From NCBI GenBank assembly GCA_937941575.1, contig CALDHH010000075.1:1-49180 (forward strand): 49,180 bases of DNA, read 5' to 3'. The notes beneath the pieces are model-generated. The model worked only from the letters and a program-made list of their open reading frames with translations. It was not told the origin of the DNA and did not search any database. The stretch's first letter is position 1, and each line of letters opens with the position of its first letter. Below, piece after piece: positions 44,976 to 49,180 of the stretch. The stretch is from an uncultured Alphaproteobacteria bacterium (GTDB lineage: Bacteria; Pseudomonadota; Alphaproteobacteria; Micavibrionales; CSBR16-224). Made by a program: the position numbers and the translations under genes.

Positions 44976-46037
44976 TCAAGAATCAGAATAATTTCTATTA
45001 AATCTTGTACCAAAATTTGTGAGTATTTCATAGCTTATTGTTCCAGCATCACCTGCAAGATCATCTATTTTTTGGTTTTCTCCCAATATCTCAACCTTAC
45101 ATTGTAAAGATATATCTAAATCAGTTATATCAATTGCAGTTAAATCCATCGATATTCGGCCTAATATTCTACATTTTTGATTATCTATAAATACAGATGA
45201 TTTATTGCTCAAATATCTAAAAAAACCATCCGCATAACCAATAGGTAGAATTGCAACATCAAGATCCTTTTCTGCCATAAAGCTTCCACCATAACCAATA
45301 ATTTCGCCTTTTTTAACTTGCCTAATTTGAATTATATCGGAAGTTAGCTTCACAACATCCTGCATCGGATTATCAGCATAGGGAGTTGGATTTCCACCAT
45401 ATAAAGCAATACCCGGACGGATAATATCAAAATGATAATCTTTGCCTAAAAATACCCCAGATGAATTAGCAAAGGATTTTTTATAATTATTAGATTTTAT
45501 TGCATTGAAATTATTAAGCTGTCTTTGATTGTGAATATTATTTTTATCATCAGCACAAGCAAGATGGCTAATTATCGATAGGACTTCTATATTATCTGGC
45601 ATATCCAAATCATTAAATTCTTCTACCCTTAATCCCAATCTATTCATGCCTGTATCAATGTGAATCATTGCTGGTAATTTTTTACCTTGTTTATTTGCAA
45701 ATTCTGAATATCTTTTAATTTGCTCTAAGCTATTCAATACTGGAATAATTTTATTTAAAGCAAACTCATCTTCAAATCTTTCTTCGAAGCCTGATAAAAC
45801 TAATATTTCTATATCATAATTACTTATTTCTAATGCTTCTTTAACATTTGCCACGAAGAAATATTTACAATTTTCTTTTATCAAGGTTTTAACCACTTGA
45901 TGTACGCCTAAACCGTACGCATTTGCCTTAACCGCAGCCCCGCAAACAACCTTATCACTTAGTTTTGATTTAATAATATTATAATTATTCGCAATTGCTG
46001 TTAAATTAATATCTAGGGTTACATTACCTGTCATCAT
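44976..46037 (-). CDS. alr: Alanine racemase
   Basis: PLP-lysine motif AAVKANAYGLG and C-terminal beta-domain motifs (GYADG, ISMD). The preferred start is ATG 46037 (or 46034), giving MMTGNVTLDINL. The upstream 29 codons of the ORF overlap dnaB and look non-coding. Confidence 0.88.
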   Translation of the reverse strand: MMTGNVTLDINLTAIANNYNIIKSKLSDKVVCGAAVKANAYGLGVHQVVKTLIKENCKYFFVANVKEALEISNYDIEILVLSGFEERFEDEFALNKIIPVLNSLEQIKRYSEFANKQGKKLPAMIHIDTGMNRLGLRVEEFNDLDMPDNIEVLSIISHLACADDKNNIHNQRQLNNFNAIKSNNYKKSFANSSGVFLGKDYHFDIIRPGIALYGGNPTPYADNPMQDVVKLTSDIIQIRQVKKGEIIGYGGSFMAEKDLDVAILPIGYADGFFRYLSNKSSVFIDNQKCRILGRISMDLTAIDITDLDISLQCKVEILGENQKIDDLAGDAGTISYEILTNFGTRFNRNYSDS

Positions 46038-47496
46038 GACTAATTGCCAAATCCGAGAATCTAGTAAATGGACCATAAAAGGCCATACGCACAGGACCAA
46101 TCGGACCATGTCTTTGTTTACCAATTATACATTCAGCCGTGCCATGGACTTCTTGTAATCTTTGCTGCCATTCCGAATATCTCTGATTAAATTTATCATC
46201 ATTTTCTTCTGGTTTACGACCTGGTTCATCTCGTTCTAAATAATATTCTTCCCGATATACAAACATAACCGCATCCGCATCCTGCTCAATCGATCCAGAT
46301 TCACGCAGATCGGATAATTGTGGACGTTTATTATCACGATTTTCAACCTGACGACTTAACTGAGATAGAGCCAAAACTGGAATTGCCAATTCTTTTGCCA
46401 AAGCTTTTAATCCACGAGTAATTTCTGATACTTCATTCACACGATTTGCAGTCGGCATACTACCTTGTAGCAATTGTAAATAATCGATCACAACCATGCC
46501 TAAATTTTCTGTACGTTGCAAACGTCTGGCACGCGTACGTACAGCACCGATTGTTAGAGCTGGTGTGTCGTCAATAAATAGCGGCAAATTGGCTAACACA
46601 TTACTAGCCTCTACAAATTTGTGGAAATCAGTATCTTTTACTTCACCACGTCTAATCTGATCTGATGGTACTTCGGCTACATCGGCCAAGATTCTGGCTG
46701 CTAACTGATCGGCTGACATCTCCAATGAGAAGAAACCAACCACAGCCCCACTTTGACCATCAGTATCCGAATAAGCTTTAGCCGCATTATATGCAATATT
46801 TGTAGCAAGGGCAGTTTTACCCATTGATGGACGACCAGCCAAGATTAATAAGTCGGATTTTTGTAATCCACCTAATTTTTTATCTAAATCAGTTAAACCA
46901 GTTGTAACACCTGTAACACTACCCACATTTTTAAAGGCGGTTTCCGCCAAAGATATCGCCGTTGTTAATGAAGTATGGAATGGAATAAATCCACCTTTAA
47001 AATCACCCAAAGTTGCTAGATCAAATAATTGTTTCTCAGCTTTTTCAATTTGTCTACTTGGTGAAACATCCAAATCATGCTCATAAGCATCATTAACAAT
47101 CTCTTCACCTAAATCAATTAATGAGCGTCTTAAATGTAATTCATGAACAGTTTTTCCGTAATCTTCGACATTAACTGTGCTAATTACATTCGCGGCAAGA
47201 TCCGTTAGGTAATCTCCGCCACCAACAGCATCTAAATCTTCATCTTTGCTGAAATAATGTTTTAGAGTTGCAGGGCTTGCGTCTTGACCACGTTCAACCA
47301 TCTTAATAATGGCATCATAAATACGACCATGGGATGCAACATAGAAATGTTCTGACTTTAAAAATTCAGATACTTTTTCCAATGCCCGATTATTAATTAA
47401 CAAAGCTCCTAATAAAGCTTGTTCAATTTCGATGTTATTCGGGCTTATTCTATAACTTGGGTCAGAACCATCGCTAATATTTGCAATCTCACTCAT
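46024..47496 (-). CDS. dnaB: Replicative DNA helicase DnaB
   Basis: IEIEQALLGALL N-terminus, Walker A GRPSMGKTA, Walker B VVIDYLQLL, SQLSR and RESGSIEQDAD. No intein is present. Confidence 0.97.
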   Translation of the reverse strand: MSEIANISDGSDPSYRISPNNIEIEQALLGALLINNRALEKVSEFLKSEHFYVASHGRIYDAIIKMVERGQDASPATLKHYFSKDEDLDAVGGGDYLTDLAANVISTVNVEDYGKTVHELHLRRSLIDLGEEIVNDAYEHDLDVSPSRQIEKAEKQLFDLATLGDFKGGFIPFHTSLTTAISLAETAFKNVGSVTGVTTGLTDLDKKLGGLQKSDLLILAGRPSMGKTALATNIAYNAAKAYSDTDGQSGAVVGFFSLEMSADQLAARILADVAEVPSDQIRRGEVKDTDFHKFVEASNVLANLPLFIDDTPALTIGAVRTRARRLQRTENLGMVVIDYLQLLQGSMPTANRVNEVSEITRGLKALAKELAIPVLALSQLSRQVENRDNKRPQLSDLRESGSIEQDADAVMFVYREEYYLERDEPGRKPEENDDKFNQRYSEWQQRLQEVHGTAECIIGKQRHGPIGPVRMAFYGPFTRFSDLAISHDDR

Positions 47497-47566
47497 TGGC
47501 TTTATACACTTTCAAAGAATCATATTTATAAATTTGAATTTTTATCAATATAGATTAATTAGCAAT

Positions 47567-47582
47567 TATTTTCTATAGAAAA
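47567..47582. promoter_or_regulatory. 16-nt perfect palindrome in the dnaB/leuB divergent intergenic region
   Basis: ATTTTCTATAGAAAAT lies 55 nt upstream of the leuB ATG. AT-rich palindromes can arise by chance. Confidence 0.2.
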
Positions 47583-47636
47583 TCTTTATCTATTAAGATA
47601 ACATTAGCTAATCGAAATTTTTTCAAGGATTTTAAA

Positions 47637-48734
47637 ATGACAAAGAAAATAATGATATTACCTGGCGACGGCATTGGCCCAGAAATTGTTAGCCAAGTAT
47701 CCAAACTTATTAAATGGTATAATGAAAACACTGATTTAAATTTTGAAACAGAAAACGGTTTAATTGGTGGTGCTTCTATTGATGCATATGGTCATCCATT
47801 TACTGATGAAACCTTGGAGAAATGTAGATCCGCTGATGCCATATTAATGGGAGCAGTTGGTGGACCAAAATGGGATGATGTTGATTTTGATATTCGCCCA
47901 GAAGCAGGCCTTTTAAAATTAAGAAAAGAATTAGAATTATTTGCAAATCTACGTCCAGCCTTAGTCTTCGATGCATTAATCGATGCATCAAGCTTAAAGC
48001 CAGAGATCGTTAAAGGCTTGGACATTATGATAGTGCGTGAGCTTACAGGTGGCATATATTTCGGTGAGCCACGTGGAATTGAAACTCTGAAAAATGGTGA
48101 GAGACGTGGATTTAACACTCAAACCTATACAACATCAGAGATTACAAGAATTGGTGAAGTTGCATTTGAGCTTGCTAAGAAACGATCAAATAAAGTCCAT
48201 TCTTGTGAAAAAGCGAATGTAATGGAATCTGGTAAATTATGGCGTGAAGAAATGACTATATTGCATGCTGATAAATTTAAAGATGTTGAGTTAGAACATA
48301 TGTATGCTGATAATTGTGCCATGCAATTGCTACGTAACCCCAAACAATTTGATGTAATTGTAACTGATAATCTATTCGGTGATATTTTATCTGATGAAGC
48401 TGCAATGTTAACAGGATCACTTGGAATGTTACCATCAGCATCATTAGGTGCAATTAACACAGATGGTAAGATGCACGCATTATACGAACCAGTCCATGGA
48501 TCAGCCCCAGATATCGCAGATCAAGGTATCGCCAATCCACTTGCAACAATATTAAGCTTTTCCATGATGTTAAGATATTCATTCGGATATAAAGAACATG
48601 CCGATAGATTAGATAATGCCGTTCAAACCATCCTGAATAGAGGGCTTAGAACCAAAGATGTCATGGCAAAAAACTGCACAGAAATTTCAACCATGCAAAT
48701 GGGTGATGAGATAATCTCGGAATTGAGCTCTTAA
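47637..48734 (+). CDS. leuB: 3-isopropylmalate dehydrogenase
   Basis: [26 protein letters not shown], the [27 protein letters not shown] signature, and [11 protein letters not shown]. Confidence 0.96.
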   Translation: MTKKIMILPGDGIGPEIVSQVSKLIKWYNENTDLNFETENGLIGGASIDAYGHPFTDETLEKCRSADAILMGAVGGPKWDDVDFDIRPEAGLLKLRKELELFANLRPALVFDALIDASSLKPEIVKGLDIMIVRELTGGIYFGEPRGIETLKNGERRGFNTQTYTTSEITRIGEVAFELAKKRSNKVHSCEKANVMESGKLWREEMTILHADKFKDVELEHMYADNCAMQLLRNPKQFDVIVTDNLFGDILSDEAAMLTGSLGMLPSASLGAINTDGKMHALYEPVHGSAPDIADQGIANPLATILSFSMMLRYSFGYKEHADRLDNAVQTILNRGLRTKDVMAKNCTEISTMQMGDEIISELSS

Positions 48735-48756
48735 ACTGGATTCTTTTATCTAGCTA

Positions 48757-49107
48757 TTAATGATTAGTGACACTAAGTATTTTTTGGAATCTAAAATCTG
48801 TATCATCAGGCTTGCGGCCGATAACTTCTTCACAAGCATCAAGAAATTGTTGTTTCTGCTCATCAGAAATTTCATTATGATGCATACAAACAACTGCGAA
48901 TATATTTCTTAAGTAATAGCCATTTTGATCGTCATTTAAACTATGATCATTAAGCATCGCACTATATTTATCTTTATTATTCTCATCATCCATGCCAATA
49001 CATAAACCAGTTAAATCTACGCCAGTTTGGCTTCTCTTCGCCACTTCGTTGAATTTAGGATAAATCTTCTCAATAATATCTATTGCTTGTTTATGGGTTA
49101 GTGACAT
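48757..49107 (-). CDS. Hypothetical protein (116 aa)
   Basis: Non-repetitive acidic ORF convergent with leuB (22-nt gap). No recognisable motif. Confidence 0.45.
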   Translation of the reverse strand: MSLTHKQAIDIIEKIYPKFNEVAKRSQTGVDLTGLCIGMDDENNKDKYSAMLNDHSLNDDQNGYYLRNIFAVVCMHHNEISDEQKQQFLDACEEVIGRKPDDTDFRFQKILSVTNH

Positions 49108-49180
49108 CTTAATTTTACCTTCAAAATGAGTGAATTATTCTGTCAATCTAACCCATCTTTTTATATTTGTCAATTAGCCA

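Noticed and set aside
46038-46124. N-terminal 29 codons of the long alr ORF
   Set aside because: The peptide (MVNKDMVRLVLCVWPFMVHLLDSRIWQLV) is encoded in the dnaB 3' end and has no Alr similarity. The internal ATG at 46037 restores a typical Alr N-terminus.
47792-48460. Minus-strand ORFs (63-111 aa) inside leuB
   Set aside because: They are antisense shadows of a near-canonical LeuB frame.

Overview
The window is visibly AT-rich, gene-dense bacterial chromosome with no rRNA, tRNA, CRISPR, transposase or integrase signal that I can see. The housekeeping genes look alphaproteobacterial by inference: recR, dapD-dapE, fadE, groES-groEL, a Usg-like gene, comM/yifB, mutM, enoyl-CoA hydratase, rpsT-dnaA, a DsbD-like reductase, PBP1A, mlaEF, alr, dnaB and leuB.

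The dominant accessory feature is a ~15.6 kb same-strand island (4435-20068, minus strand) bracketed by two strong hairpin terminators. It encodes a type IVa-pilus-like machine:
- PilC platform, PilM-PilN fusion, PilO-like and PilP-like proteins
- a TM-acidic-TPR protein and PilD peptidase
- PilT, PilU, a lipoprotein secretin and one oversized prepilin

Its composition is unusual. No PilB/GspE/MshE-type extension ATPase and no minor pilins are present. A split ABC transporter is interleaved with the pilus genes: the ATPase sits among the alignment-complex genes, and the ABC-2 permease plus a translationally coupled partner sit downstream of the secretin. A 7-TM AraC-type regulator lies next to the pilin gene. 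This is my best candidate for an undescribed system variant.

A second accessory locus (22812-27453) holds ORFan genes around an acidic 1174-aa protein with three C-terminal ~120-aa modules. A 102-aa neighbour appears to share a short motif with those modules.

Smaller oddities include:
- a 5'-truncated tandem-repeat protein at the window start
- a non-CIRCE inverted repeat with a 9-nt spacer in the groES leader
- an orphan antitoxin-like small ORF between rpsT and dnaA
- an HExxH protein abutting dsbD
- mlaEF without mlaD

All functional calls come from reading the translated ORFs for motifs. No database search was run.
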